Numbered from the whole stretch's first letter, positions 37,726 through 50,772 are shown. The stretch: 63,713 bases of DNA, filler included, from Globobulimina sp. (GCA_003354225.1; 44 parts of 44 records of this genome joined end to end with filler, not necessarily neighbours in it), one strand, 5' to 3'. The notes: generated from the letters alone by a model not told the origin. Numbers and translations are program-made.

Positions 37726-39075
37726 AGATCCATTTTTATTTGATATAAATTGATTAAATTTGCAAAACCAATCTGTATTTGGTATGGTAGATTGATTTGG
37801 AATTTAGCAGAAGAATGAATATATTTATTGTATATTAATTTGATTATATGCCACCACCAATTATTTATGTCAGTATCGTTCGTATCGGAATGCATCGGAA
37901 TTGATGGAGCAAATTGAAAATTTATGTTGGTAAATGGAGTCATATCCGTTGCAAATTTAGCAAATTCTCTATTTGTAGCAATATAAATGAATTGTATCGT
38001 CTCTATAAAACATAATATATTTTCCAATGTAAATTCTGAGCAATATATGTTTTTGTGGCACGTATCATTCAGAAACAATAAAAACGTATTATTCTTATAC
38101 CTGATCGTAAATGAGCCATAAAACAGTTAATTCCAACATCATTTCCAATCAATATATTAAATAATTTGTGTGTTGGAACATTGGCAGTCGAGTCATAATC
38201 GGACACGTTACTGAATGCGCCCATTAATTGCAATACAAAATTGCGAGAATTGGAGATAATATGTGAGGCTGTCACAGTTGAACGATACGTATTATTATCA
38301 TTTTTCAACACCTGCTGCAATACGATATATTCTGTGATGAACACAGAACCAAAAGAAATGATGGTCAGCGATGTGGTTTGTATTTCGTAATAAATATTTC
38401 CTGACTCCGCACCTAAAAATACCATCGCAACATACAATGCGATACAAACACCACTCAAATAATATAAATATTTCATTTCTTTCCTCACAAAAAAGGTGTC
38501 TTCAAATGATGGTGTTTTGCAAACTAAAACTAGCATTTTAATCAAGTTAGTTAAGGTAGTACAGAATTGTATAAATATAAAGTGAGAAGAAAAGCTATTT
38601 ATTATTATTTCTTCCGGCTTTATATTATATGTATTATTCAATTCCAGCACTGCCTTAGCAACATAATATAATTCGAATCGTACCTAAACAGAATATAATT
38701 AACGGCAATAACGTTAACACGTAAACTATATTAGATAATGAATGTGATGTGCTTAAAATGAATGGTTGTTCGCATATTGTGATTGCTATCTCGCACAATG
38801 CACCGATTATAAAATAGAAAATAAAATATTTTTTAACATATTGCCATGAACCAAATGTGTCAATATTGCGAGCATAAAAACAATCTTTTTTATGTGTGAT
38901 GTTTTGATTATTTGATAATAATAAATTTTGCCATTTGTGTTTGGATTGCGATACGGCATAGTTTATATTGTAATGAATGATCCATAGCCTGAAACATGTA
39001 AAAACTGCAATAGATAACAAAAAGGGAGGAAAAATTAAGAAACCAATGAATAAAACAAATGGAGTGCGCAAAATG
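37726..39075 (-). CDS. 7TM-RGS protein, internal part, 3 exons
   Basis: TM helices, then FMAHLRS, a GT-AG intron, and EFTLENILCFIETIQF...IYNKYIHSSAKFQINL. Confidence 0.8.
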
Positions 39076-39175
39076 NNNNNNNNNNNNNNNNNNNNNNNNN
39101 NNNNNNNNNNNNNNNNNNNTTAATTAATTAANNNNNNNNNNNNNNNNNNNNNNNNNNNNNNNNNNNNNNNNNNNN

Positions 39176-39740
39176 ATATTATAAAATCCAAATCATTGCA
39201 ATTTAGTTCATTTTCATATTGTTGGATTGGTAAATGAATTAATTGCAGTCTATGAAACACATTTAGTGATTTGCAATTTATTTCTGTTAATTCAATTGCA
39301 TGATATTTACAATCCATTGCAATTGCATTTGCATTCTTAAATCTATTCAACAGTGTGGCGGTAATAACACCCGATCCACATCCAATTTCCATAAACTTCA
39401 ATGAATTGATTGAGTTGTTTTGATAATAATTGGTAACAATATCGACAAAATGTTCCGTTTCTGGCCTGAATATTAATGTCGGCGGTCTTATTTTAAAAGT
39501 ATTACCACAAAATGACCATTCTCCAATAATGTATTGAATCGGTTCATGACTTAATCGTCGACAACATAAACATTCAAAATGTTCCAATTCTGTTGCAGAG
39601 AATTCAAATAATGGTGACATTGCGTCTTTATGTACATGCTGAGCCAACCATTTTACAGAATACCATGGATCAGTGACACTATGTGAAGAAAACAAACGTT
39701 CCCACTTTTGTAAAATATTTTGTTGCAATTTACTGGCCAT
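39176..39740 (-). CDS. HEMK1: HemK/PrmC release-factor glutamine methyltransferase, 5' part
   Basis: RRLSHEPIQYIIGEWSF, LIFRPETE and EIGCGSGVI. Confidence 0.92.
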
Positions 39741-39782
39741 GTTTTAATTTGTTTACTTCAAAGTCTTCGAACTGAGTTGAAC

Positions 39783-40364
39783 ATGGCAGAAAAACGTTTG
39801 ATCTGTGATCCACATCATCATTTATGGCAACCATCAACACATTCATGGTTAAATAGGATAGAATCAATGAAACATTTTAGTGATTCACTGGCAGGCTTGG
39901 AATGCATTGAAAAATATACTGTTTATGATATTCATCAATTTTTAAATGAATCAAAAAAATATAAATTAGATAAATCTGTTTATTTAGAATGTGGTTTTGA
40001 TGATCCATCCATCGCAGAGGTTGCGGCTGTTCAACAAATCGCAGATAAATATGGTTTCCCGCATGGCATAATTGGTAGTGCAGATTTTGCGGCTGATGAT
40101 ATTGAGCAAGTATTACAAACACAAATGAAATCAGCAAATTTCCGTGGTATTCGTGCCGCCATTGCGTATCATCCAAGATATCCATCGCGAAGTTGGGGAC
40201 ACTCTGATGATGTTATGATGGATCCAAAGTTTCATAATGGATTGAGATTAATGGATGAATATGGATTGATATTTGATTGTCATATTTATCCACAACAACT
40301 AAAACATGTTACAATCATTGCTGCATCATATCCAACATTAAGGTATTGTATTACGGTCCTATAA
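39783..40364 (+). CDS. Amidohydrolase_2 family protein (sugar-lactonase-like), 5' part
   Basis: ICDPHHHLW, FRGIR and GLIFDCHIYPQQL. Confidence 0.85.
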   Translation: MAEKRLICDPHHHLWQPSTHSWLNRIESMKHFSDSLAGLECIEKYTVYDIHQFLNESKKYKLDKSVYLECGFDDPSIAEVAAVQQIADKYGFPHGIIGSADFAADDIEQVLQTQMKSANFRGIRAAIAYHPRYPSRSWGHSDDVMMDPKFHNGLRLMDEYGLIFDCHIYPQQLKHVTIIAASYPTLRYCITVL

Positions 40365-40625
40365 ATATTATATTCTATAAAATCTCCGTCTGTTTGTATG
40401 CATAAAACGAAAAGTTTTGATTCTGTACAGCTAAAATATTAATAAATAGTGGCTGCATTACCGTCTCTTCAATTTGAATGCTCAAACATTTCGCAATCTG
40501 GCCAGTCAAATCTGGAGCCTTTCTGNNNNNNNNNNNNNNNNNNNNNNNNNNNNNNNNNNNNNNNNNNNNTTAATTAATTAANNNNNNNNNNNNNNNNNNN
40601 NNNNNNNNNNNNNNNNNNNNNNNNN

Positions 40626-41466
40626 ATTTGCATTTGGGGGAATCGACTGAGGTGTTGATGAATGTAATTAATTTAATTAATATAATTAATATAATAATAA
40701 CAGAGCGAGGCCAGGGCAATGCATAATAAGCACCTCCTGCAATGCATGCTCCCGTTATACATAGAAAAAAACAAATACCAATCACATACAATTTAAATAG
40801 TAATATCCCAAACGACAAAATTTTTGGCATTTCATTGGCATATCACGACAATATCTTAGACAATATCTTTGGCATACGTTCACATTGTAACGTGTCATTG
40901 TTTGTTGCGACGTAATTTCATCAATGTATCCATGCCGAATTTCGATCTGTTTTCGTGTGAATTTGGTAGCGACTGAGACCTGTTCGACAGGATTCTTAAA
41001 AAAAATGAAAAACTCTGTCAAATTGAATGAAAATTCAGTACATATCCGAGACCCCTATTTACCTCATATTTACGTCATTTTGATTTAGGTAAATACATGG
41101 TAAAAGTCAAAAATTCTGATTTAACATAGGCCATTTACCTCACTCCATGTATTTATGTGCTGTTTATACGATAATTACATAGTGTTTACTTCAAACAATG
41201 CATTTATATACAAAAAAACATCCATTTATATAGCATTTGTAATGTAATAAATATGCCACGAACTTATAGTGCTGGCTGGTTGAGACAGGATTAAACGAAA
41301 CCTCCTAAAGAGGTATTTGGATTTGGGGGAATCGACTGAGGTGTTGATGAATGTAATTAATGTAATTAATATAATTAATATAATAATAACAGAGCGAGGC
41401 CAGGGCAATGCATAATAAGCACCTCCTGCAATGCATGCTCCCGTTATACATAGAAAAAAACAAATA
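40626..41466. repeat. 152-bp direct repeat pair (40626-40777 and 41315-41466)
   Basis: Two mismatches seen between the copies. The first copy is cut by the contig start. Confidence 0.9.
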
Positions 41467-43525
41467 GTACGCTCTGTCATTGAGAACATGAAGAGTTTGA
41501 AAGAAAGTTTTTACTGATGAAAGATCAGAAAAACTTCAAGCACTCACACACTAAACAGAAACATAAACAAACACAAAATAAGGGCACAAAATAAATCACT
41601 TGGGCATTGTACTATGGAAAAGTGACACAAACTTAGCACCGCGCAAATAACTCTTTGTTCATAGATTCTAAGCATTACTGTTGTGTTATGACCATATCCA
41701 ATGACAACATATCTTATTTAAATGAATTTCTGTTGATTATTCAGTTTACGTTGCCATGCTCTTTCTAATCTCGGCAGAAGCACTCAAATCGACTGTGTCA
41801 AGACATAAATCTCGACTCTGAAATTCAAAAGTCAGATTGCGTACACCCGTACACCTCAATGATCGAATCGTACGCAAATTTAGGAGACATTATGCAAGAA
41901 TACTAAAATATAAGAATATGTAACCAAGCTGAAAACCTGGTTCGCTTTGAGTATGGTATGAGTACAGCACCTACCNNNNNNNNNNNNNNNNNNNNNNNNN
42001 NNNNNNNNNNNNNNNNNNNTTAATTAATTAANNNNNNNNNNNNNNNNNNNNNNNNNNNNNNNNNNNNNNNNNNNNAAACATTTTAACAATGGGCCCTAAA
42101 GCCAGTCAGTTACATAATGTATTACAATCGCTCCTTTTAAGACATTGTCTTCATCTATTCGCCCAATAATATTGTTGCATGGGTGTTAGTGCTATCAGGA
42201 CTCGCAATAGCGTACCTGCTTCTGTACGGGCTCACTACGCAATATTATTTGGTTTGTATTTTTTGTTAATAACTAATATTTTGTTTGAATAATATTTAGA
42301 ATTTTTAACGCAAATTAACGTGGATTTGTATAATAAATTAATAATTGCACATTGAATTGATTATTTGGGCATTGAATTTGAATTGAATTTGAACATTGAA
42401 ACACCGCCCTTTATTTTTTAATATTAAATTAATATCAGTTTGCATCTATATACTACTCCTTAATATCGGAATAATACCTCCTACACGGTATATAACACTG
42501 AAATAATACCGAAACACAATGAAATAATATCGGAAGAACATTCTGTTTGTTGTCAATTCTTCATCGATTATGTTGATCTGATATTGTGAAGCTCTTCATT
42601 TATCCAATTTTTATCTACCACAAACGCGTTCATTTTGTACTAATTCTGTTGTTTCATTGCTGATATTTAACGCGTTATTATCGATCACTGGCTGTGGTGG
42701 TTGTTGTTTGTGTGCATGTGATGGTATATCAAGAAGAAATAAATATAAATATAAATTATTATGTATATTTTAGTGGCATTCTTGGCCAAAATAAATCGCC
42801 TTCTGCTTGCTTTTTATTCATATGGAAATTGATATGATTTATTTTATGTATCTGATTTATTTTACGTCTTTTGTATTCGTATCATGTATCGGATTAAATC
42901 GGATTTGAACGTGCATTGGTTGGAATTTGATGTTAACGGACATGATCGGATGATAACAGACATTTTTATTATATGAACATGGTGGATTTGTACAGTATTT
43001 CTGGCAGGACAGACATTTACTTATCAATGCCACAACTTATTTAACTCAACACAACTGGAAATATAATTTAATGATTGTTTTGACGTTTTATTATTTAAAT
43101 TATTTTACGTGCTTATAATGCATTTATGTTTGATTTTATTTATACTTATAATTACTAATATTCAGATTTACTCGGAAAATTGGAAGTTGAAAAAGATTTA
43201 ATCGGAAAACATTAATTGTAAAATATTACTGGAAAACATTAATTGGAAAATATTTAATTGGAAAAATTGACATTGGAAGTTGGAATTAGAAATATTTAAA
43301 CAATTTATTAGAGTTTAAATAATTCATTTTATATAGCTGTCGGAAATTTGTATTTGTATTTGCAAATTCTTTATTTGTATTTAATAAATTTATTTTTTTT
43401 TGCATTGGGAAGAAAATGGTATTGGNNNNNNNNNNNNNNNNNNNNNNNNNNNNNNNNNNNNNNNNNNNNTTAATTAATTAANNNNNNNNNNNNNNNNNNN
43501 NNNNNNNNNNNNNNNNNNNNNNNNN

Positions 43526-44690
43526 TATATTTGTCTATTCCTGCTTTTTCAGACATAAAATTTGTGAATTTCGAGGATATATTTAATGCTTCGTTGGCAC
43601 GAAAAGAAGAACATCCTTGACGCACATCTGGATGCAGGCGGATTGCGATGATAATATCACGGATATACTGCGCGATGGAATTATGAATAAATACATCATT
43701 CACCAATGAATATAATATCTTCAGTCTGGATAATGCAAACAGACCATATGTGTATGTACTCTCTCCTTTATTATGCTCGCTGTTGTTATCATCTGTGGAT
43801 ATTCCTGATATTCCTGATATTTTTATATCTTTTATTTTCATCGGTGATGATTGAGGCGAATGCGAAGAGAGAATGTTATAATTAATATTACCATAATTGA
43901 CATGTAAATTATTGTCACTTGCAGTTGCGAGCATATTTATTTTGAATTTATTATCATTGGAGCCATCAAATGAAATGCCAGTTATATGCGAATAATACGA
44001 CTGTTTATGTTCATTCATATCGTTTGTGATAAACTTATGTAATTTGTTTAGACATTTCTTGGATGGAATCACATAATCAGTCAGACACAAATCACGTAAT
44101 AAATAAGGTATACTTTTATTACATTGCCTGGTTAATACACATAATTGATTACTTGGCCCTGACTTTGAATGCGTATTATGTTCCGGAGTTGGAATACATT
44201 TCATTTTCATAATCTGAATGACAATACTTTGCATAGCTTTGCTTAGCTTGTGAATGTTATGAAATATTACCACCTGACAAGAGATGCAGTCCATCTTATG
44301 TTTAGATGCTAATTTGCTGTTATTTGAGCTACCATCCTTGAGATATTCTTTGTTGTTATTTGAAATATACTCATTGGATGGATTACTTTGCGCTTTGTGT
44401 AAGTTATGATTATTAATGGATTGAGCTAAGTGGTCCCTATCACGTGCACGCCCGGAACCAGATGCATTGAAATGATTGTTATGGTATTTTGTGGTCACTA
44501 CATGTTTCTCATTGATGCCATAACCAAATGGCGGCTCTTTGTTTTCCTTGTTTATGTTTTCTTTGCTTTCTTTATTATCCTTTTCATCATTTGGTGGCGG
44601 AGTGGCCGACGGAGACTGAGAGGTTTTGCTCAAGTTTGGTTCCGTTAAATGTCGTTTGGGTAATAATCGTCGATTATGGTTATGATTCAA
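43526..44690 (-). CDS. Degenerate AAA+ (MoxR/chelatase-type lid) protein fragment
   Basis: VFIHNSIAQYIRDIIIAIRLHPDVRQGCSSFRA resembles the MoxR/ChlI lid. It also carries low-complexity N/S/H inserts. Confidence 0.5.
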
Positions 44691-44975
44691 AGGTGGAATA
44701 TATTGTTCTGTAAAGAGTGATGAATGTGACTCTTCGTGGTCGTGTAGTTCATGGATGGTGTGCGGTGATATGATATTAATATTATTTCTGTTTTGATTGG
44801 GTGTATCGGATAATATTAATATCTGTGATGCTATTTCGCTGTTTTCGTCATTGTCTTTGTTTTCCTGCTTTGGTGNNNNNNNNNNNNNNNNNNNNNNNNN
44901 NNNNNNNNNNNNNNNNNNNTTAATTAATTAANNNNNNNNNNNNNNNNNNNNNNNNNNNNNNNNNNNNNNNNNNNN

Positions 44976-45443
44976 TCGAGGCTTGGGACACGGCTGTCGC
45001 TTGGGACAGGTTCGAGGTTTGGGACATGTCTGTCGTTTGGGACAGGGAGGGTGGGGCTTGGGACAAGATGGACAATCGGCGCAAGGTTTTACAACGATGT
45101 CAGAATCGTCAATAATAATTGTCGAGTCGAGTTCACTTTCGGTACAATTGAAAGGCAGATTAATATTTAATAAGTTCTTGAATTGACCATGAATTTTCTT
45201 TATTTTATATTCTGAAATATTTGCACAACTGGTAATTGAGATGGACGCAATTTCTTCTCTTTCGGATTTAGGTAAATTGTTTTTGACAAGATGATTGGTA
45301 AATCTGTTGCAAACAATGGAACGTTCGTAGTAATCGCACAAGCAAACTCGGCAAAGATTAGTCTTTTTTGATGAACATAATCGAATTATTGACAAAATAA
45401 AAACAACGTTTGATGATGAGAAATACATAACGTTTATGGACAA
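44976..45443 (-). CDS. Cys-rich protein with tandem CPK hexapeptide repeats
   Basis: Hydrophobic N-terminus, then CPSCPKPHPPCPKRQTCPKPRTCPKRQPCPKPR (mostly 18-nt DNA units). Confidence 0.6.
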
Positions 45444-45731
45444 TTTGATATTGTTAGCTCTTCAAATAGGTTTTAAAGCACAAACTATATCAAGAGTAAT
45501 TTAGACGACTGAACTGAAATTGCTGTGTTCCGTACCACAGATAAAGTTTGAGCTAACTTGGCTAAAAAAACTGCACCGAGAGGAATTTAAATGACCGAAA
45601 TTACAGTGTAAACTAAATTGGAAAAAAGTCACGTGACGGCTTGGATGATTCATAATGATGATGCAGTCTGGCCTTAATTATTGCGAAGTTTAATACTCGG
45701 TCGATTGTTGTGTAAGCTTAATACAAAAAAA

Positions 45732-45989
45732 ATGGAGTCGAATTCCGCCAACTCGGGCTCAGCCAACAATGGTGGAGGAGGGACCGACGGTTTTTTCGGC
45801 AGCTTGTCCAAGATGGAACTGACCTACTACTTTCAAGTGGGAATCATTTACATAGTAGTCATTACGGCCATAGTAAATTTGTCTCTCAGCAATGACGAAG
45901 GCAAACTTTGGAGCAGTTTGCTGAGTTCCAGCATCGGCTATCTTTTGCCACATCCTGCTCTGCCCAAAAGGGGACCACCCACGTTGTAG
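45732..45989 (+). CDS. Small two-TM protein resembling a Polinton/Maverick accessory gene
   Basis: FQVGIIYIVVITAIVNLSL...LWSSLLSSSIGYLLPHP. Family assignment is from recall, not from a search. Confidence 0.6.
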   Translation: MESNSANSGSANNGGGGTDGFFGSLSKMELTYYFQVGIIYIVVITAIVNLSLSNDEGKLWSSLLSSSIGYLLPHPALPKRGPPTL

Positions 45990-46425
45990 AAAAGGTACAT
46001 ATACTGTAGTTACTGTACATGATTAACTGTTGAAATTAATTCTATTGCAGCTGATTGAAAAAGTTTCAAAAAAAGAGAAAATCTGCAATGATTATAACAG
46101 TAACAATATTGTTTCGCGACTGACTTATAATATTTGATGTAAAAAATAAATTTTATTCTATTCAGCGCATCAGCAGTACATCAATTATAATTTTTTGTCT
46201 CTGATTTTTCTGAAAATGTCTCTCATAGATTTGCTTTGAATCGTGATGGCAGGCAAATCGGTCATCGTGGCCAAAATTTCTAGCAACACCCACATGGCTA
46301 CGGACATTTCGTTGTACTGTTTCGGNNNNNNNNNNNNNNNNNNNNNNNNNNNNNNNNNNNNNNNNNNNNTTAATTAATTAANNNNNNNNNNNNNNNNNNN
46401 NNNNNNNNNNNNNNNNNNNNNNNNN

Positions 46426-47498
46426 ATGAAAATCAAGATGAGCCACAAGCAAAGGACGAGTCCAAAGCCAATGATGAGTCCAAAGCCAAGGACGAATCAA
46501 AAACAAAAGATGTGGATGTACCACCACAGGAAAACACAGATAACGCTAAAAATGCAGACGATGATAAAAATATTCATGTGCCAAAAGACAAGAAATTAAA
46601 AATCGAATATGTCTCAGTCAAAGAGACATTGATTCATAACGACGCCGTTTTTTATGACATTCAGATTAAAACCTCCCAGCATTATTGGCATGTTACAAAA
46701 AGATATTCGCAATTTGAGATATTGCATAACCAGTTAGCCCAAATAAGCAAAGACAAATTACCGCTGCTTCCTGGCAAACATTATAAGTGGTTTACGGACC
46801 ATACCAAATCATCATTTATTGAGAAAAGAAGGGCGTTGTTGGATAATTATGTCAAAAAATTGATTAAAACAAAAAATGTGAGCAGCTCGCAGTGTGTGGT
46901 GAATTTTTTTCATAATGATAAGTCTGCAGAGTCTGTGGTGATTGAGCCACCATCGGACGATAAGTCAGATGATAAGAATGATGATAACAATGATGATAAG
47001 AACGAGAAGAAACCCTCGAGCTCGGTTGATAAGAAAGCATCGGTGGATAATGATGAGGGTAAGAACGAGAACGACAAAGAGAGTGTGAATATAGCTCATC
47101 GGGAATCGGACGAATATGATTTCCCGCAAGATCAAGAAGTGACCAATATTGTGATCCAAAGTACGCGGAAGATGACAGATCATGTCTTATATCAAATATG
47201 TGTCTCGAATTCGCATAAAAGGGGCTCATTTCGCGAGTGGACGGTATTAAAAAGGTTTACACAATTTTATGACATGGATTTAAAATTAAGAGCATCGATC
47301 GAGATCCAATCGCCTGAGTTATTGCCGACGTTACCGGTGGCACCGTCGCGCAAATTTAAATTTGTACACGATCATATGGACGATGACTTTATTGAGGAAA
47401 GAAGAGTTTTATTGCAAAATTATTTAGCCAAATTATTGCGTGTTGCGCAAGCTGCGAGAAATGAGGATTTCTTACAATTTCTTGGCGTTGACATGTGA
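46426..47498 (+). CDS. Tandem PX-domain protein, 3' part
   Basis: Two PX domains: KRYSQF...LPGK...FIEKRRALLDNY and KRFTQF...APSRK...FIEERRVLLQNY. Confidence 0.92.
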
Positions 47499-47874
47499 TT
47501 TATTAATATAAACATGTTTCATTTGTTTTTTTTTTCTTCAAAGTTTATAAAAAGGGGTATCATTATCAATTATTAGTACACATACAAACGTTTCTACCAA
47601 GTCAAAGTCCTAAAATGTACAAAAATTATAAAAAGTACAAAAAAAATGCTCACATCAAAAAAACAGTTTTCTAGTCTTGTGCTTTGTGTAGGATGGAACA
47701 AGCACATAATTTAACGGATCGAACATTTATAATATTACGCAAACGTAATTTTTTGGGATTAACCTTACAAGAATNNNNNNNNNNNNNNNNNNNNNNNNNN
47801 NNNNNNNNNNNNNNNNNNTTAATTAATTAANNNNNNNNNNNNNNNNNNNNNNNNNNNNNNNNNNNNNNNNNNNN

Positions 47875-48846
47875 TAATGTTGAATGGATATTAAATTTGC
47901 CATTTTCATCAATAGTTTATAATAACAATTTGAAAGTAATTAAATCAAAAATACATTCATCATTGGAACCAAACATTATAACAATGTCATTGGTGTTGTT
48001 CCAATTTGTTGATAACCGCGCTTTAAAATAATCTAACTTTGATGATAACATTTCATTTGAAAATGTTTCTTGTTCAAATCCAATGACAACATTGACTTTG
48101 TTTGTTGGTAGTTCTGATCGCTTTTCCTCTTCTTTACTATCATCAATCTGAGTGTCAAAGTTGCAAATTTTAATTTGTAATTTTGTATGAAGTATAAACG
48201 CAAACTAATTATATATAACTTGGTTTATATAATTATATGCTGAAATTGCAGATTTTTCATAATATTGATCTTCGAATCGTAATTCTTCAAAAGATTTACC
48301 AGTGAATGGATGGCTTTGATCTTTTGACATAATGATATTTTGATAATACAATGTTTTGGCACATTTTGAGTCGATCTCTGATGTCGGCACAAATGTCCAT
48401 CCTCTGGTACCAACAGAATATTCGGGCGAATAAAAAGTAGCAATAATTTTGTTAATGCTGCTGTAGTTCATGATTGTGACCGGTAAATTGTATTCTTTTT
48501 GTTTCGCTCGACTATAACCACAAATTAATAATTGTATAACTTTGTCATTACTCAAATCTTTTTGGTTTGTGGATGATGTTGAAATGGCAGATTCAGAACA
48601 TTTACCAGTCAATGGATGGCGTTTCGTTGCAACAAAATATAGAGGTGAATAAAATGCGGCAATAATTTGGTTAATGCTGCTGTTCATGAGTTCAATCGGT
48701 AAATTATTCTCTTTTTGTTTTGCTCTGCTATAACCACAAACTAATAATTGGATAGCTGTAATATCTCCGTCATCGCCCCAATCATCGATATTAGCATCAT
48801 CTTCATCGTCCCAACCAGCGATATCATTACTCAAATCTGTTGCCAT
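47875..48846 (-). CDS. Protein with internal duplication, GLEBS-like motif and BTB-like domain
   Basis: YQNI...KSFEELRFED motif. A phase-0 intron at 48219..48148 joins in frame to ...LSSKLDYFKARLSTNW. Confidence 0.65.
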
Positions 48847-49323
48847 GATTATTTTGAAGTGAGTAAATATGTGACTCAAATTAATAATTTTTTAAAGCCT
48901 TGTAAATGGACATTTTTGTGAACGTTGGGTTTCCTTTTGGTGGATGGTGTAATTTGTAGCATATTATCATTTATTTTCTTTATAACTCTGAAAACCCAAG
49001 AACATGTACAAATTACTAAATTAAGATGAATATAGTCAGTCAAGCCACAAACAATATTACAAAGTCATGATCAGTTTATCCATAAACCCAATCCACAAGA
49101 TCGATTCTATGCGTTGGTGTAATTAATTTATTATCAGCCGTAAATGAATAACCCTTCCAATCAGTTGGTCTGTAATGCAAAAAGGTATTGACCCATGATG
49201 CGACATTATAAGTATAAGGTCTGNNNNNNNNNNNNNNNNNNNNNNNNNNNNNNNNNNNNNNNNNNNNTTAATTAATTAANNNNNNNNNNNNNNNNNNNNN
49301 NNNNNNNNNNNNNNNNNNNNNNN

Positions 49324-50672
49324 GAAGCAAAACAAGCCACAAACAAATTAATGGTAAACACAACATCAAGATATGACACAACTGCAGCAATGGAAAAGAA
49401 ACAAAATGAAAAAATGCTGAGTAACAAACCAAACTGGATTTGTGCGCAGTGTTTAACCGAAAATCTACCAATAAACGTACAATGTATCCGTTGTCAAACC
49501 AGTATTAAAACAGAAAGGTTCGAAAAGATAGAATTTGCCAAAGGTAGCTTTGCTTTAATCAAACCAGGCGGTGTCGTGGATGAACAGTATATCGATTTAA
49601 ATCGACAACGAATTGATACATATTTATATATTTATTGGTACTGTAAATCAGTAACATTCTGTCAAATTGTATTTTATTCAGCAAATCAAGCCAACGCTGC
49701 TCGTGCTTTATTAAACAAAGTGCGCTGGAATGAAAGTTCTGTGCGGGATCAAATATTCCGCGAGAATATATTTGAAAAGAATTTGAAAGGGAAATATATT
49801 AACTCTCATATAGCAAACCATAATGCCGCAACATTACAGATAGATGCGATTCCGTTACATTTTTGGAAGCCAGACATGAATAAACAAATGGAAGCAGCCG
49901 GCGTCGATATGCAAACGATAAAGTTTATAAATATAAATAATTCTCAGCAGAGTGATAATGAATGGAAATCTGTGCAAGAATATATTTATAAAAACGGAAA
50001 TGAAAATGACGGTTTGTGCACAGTGAAACCAGCGGGCGGCTCATTGTTTAGTAAGAAGTCACGGTACAAATCATGTACGGTCGAATATAAATCATTAGCG
50101 CAGGCACATAATGCCAGCATTAAATTGAATGAAAAGACAGTAAAATGCGGGTTCAATAACAAAGGATTAGGAAATGTAGAGATTGTATTAAAAGTACAAA
50201 TGGATTTGGTTGGCCGTATTCGAATGTATGATGAGGATGCTTTTAATTTGCTGTTGCCAGATTTAAATAAATTAAAATTGGAGCTACAAAGAAGTAGATT
50301 TGGCTATGATATTCGTATTATGATTCCAGCCTCGTTTAATACTGTGAAAAAAGCCAAGAAAATGAATTTTTTGCAGAGATTGGGCAAAGGGAAAGCAGTG
50401 GAGAAGAAAAAGAATTTTGTGGAAATTACATTGTTTGCAAAGACTGCGGAAGCTTTGGTGGTTTCGAGGAAATCATTTGAACGGCTATGTGAAGCTTTTA
50501 TTGTTAGTTTTAATGACAAATATGAATATGAGTTGGGTAAGAAATTGATATTCAAATATTATGAGAAATTAAAATTTGAACGAAAAGAATATGAAAATAT
50601 TTTAATTAAAGAAAATGAAAATAAATCCATATTTAAATTGTATTTTTATGGTATTCCACAGATGATTAATGT
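49324..50672 (+). CDS. RanBP2-type zinc finger protein with RRM-like segments (fragment)
   Basis: WICAQCLTENLPINVQCIRC fits W-x-C-x2-C-x3-N-x6-C-x2-C. CTVEYKSLAQAHNASIKLN is RNP1-like. Confidence 0.7.
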
Positions 50673-50772
50673 NNNNNNNNNNNNNNNNNNNNNNNNNNNN
50701 NNNNNNNNNNNNNNNNTTAATTAATTAANNNNNNNNNNNNNNNNNNNNNNNNNNNNNNNNNNNNNNNNNNNN

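Noticed and set aside
40570..41489. Two similar hydrophobic minus-strand ORFs
   Set aside because: They are translations of the 152-bp AT-rich direct repeat with no other coding evidence.
42076..42112. Pistol-ribozyme-like TTAGGGC hairpin on the minus strand
   Set aside because: The stem is only 3 bp and the contig ends before any pseudoknot partner could be seen.
48205..48207. In-frame TAG suggesting stop-codon recoding
   Set aside because: It lies inside a plausible 72-nt phase-0 GT-AG intron.
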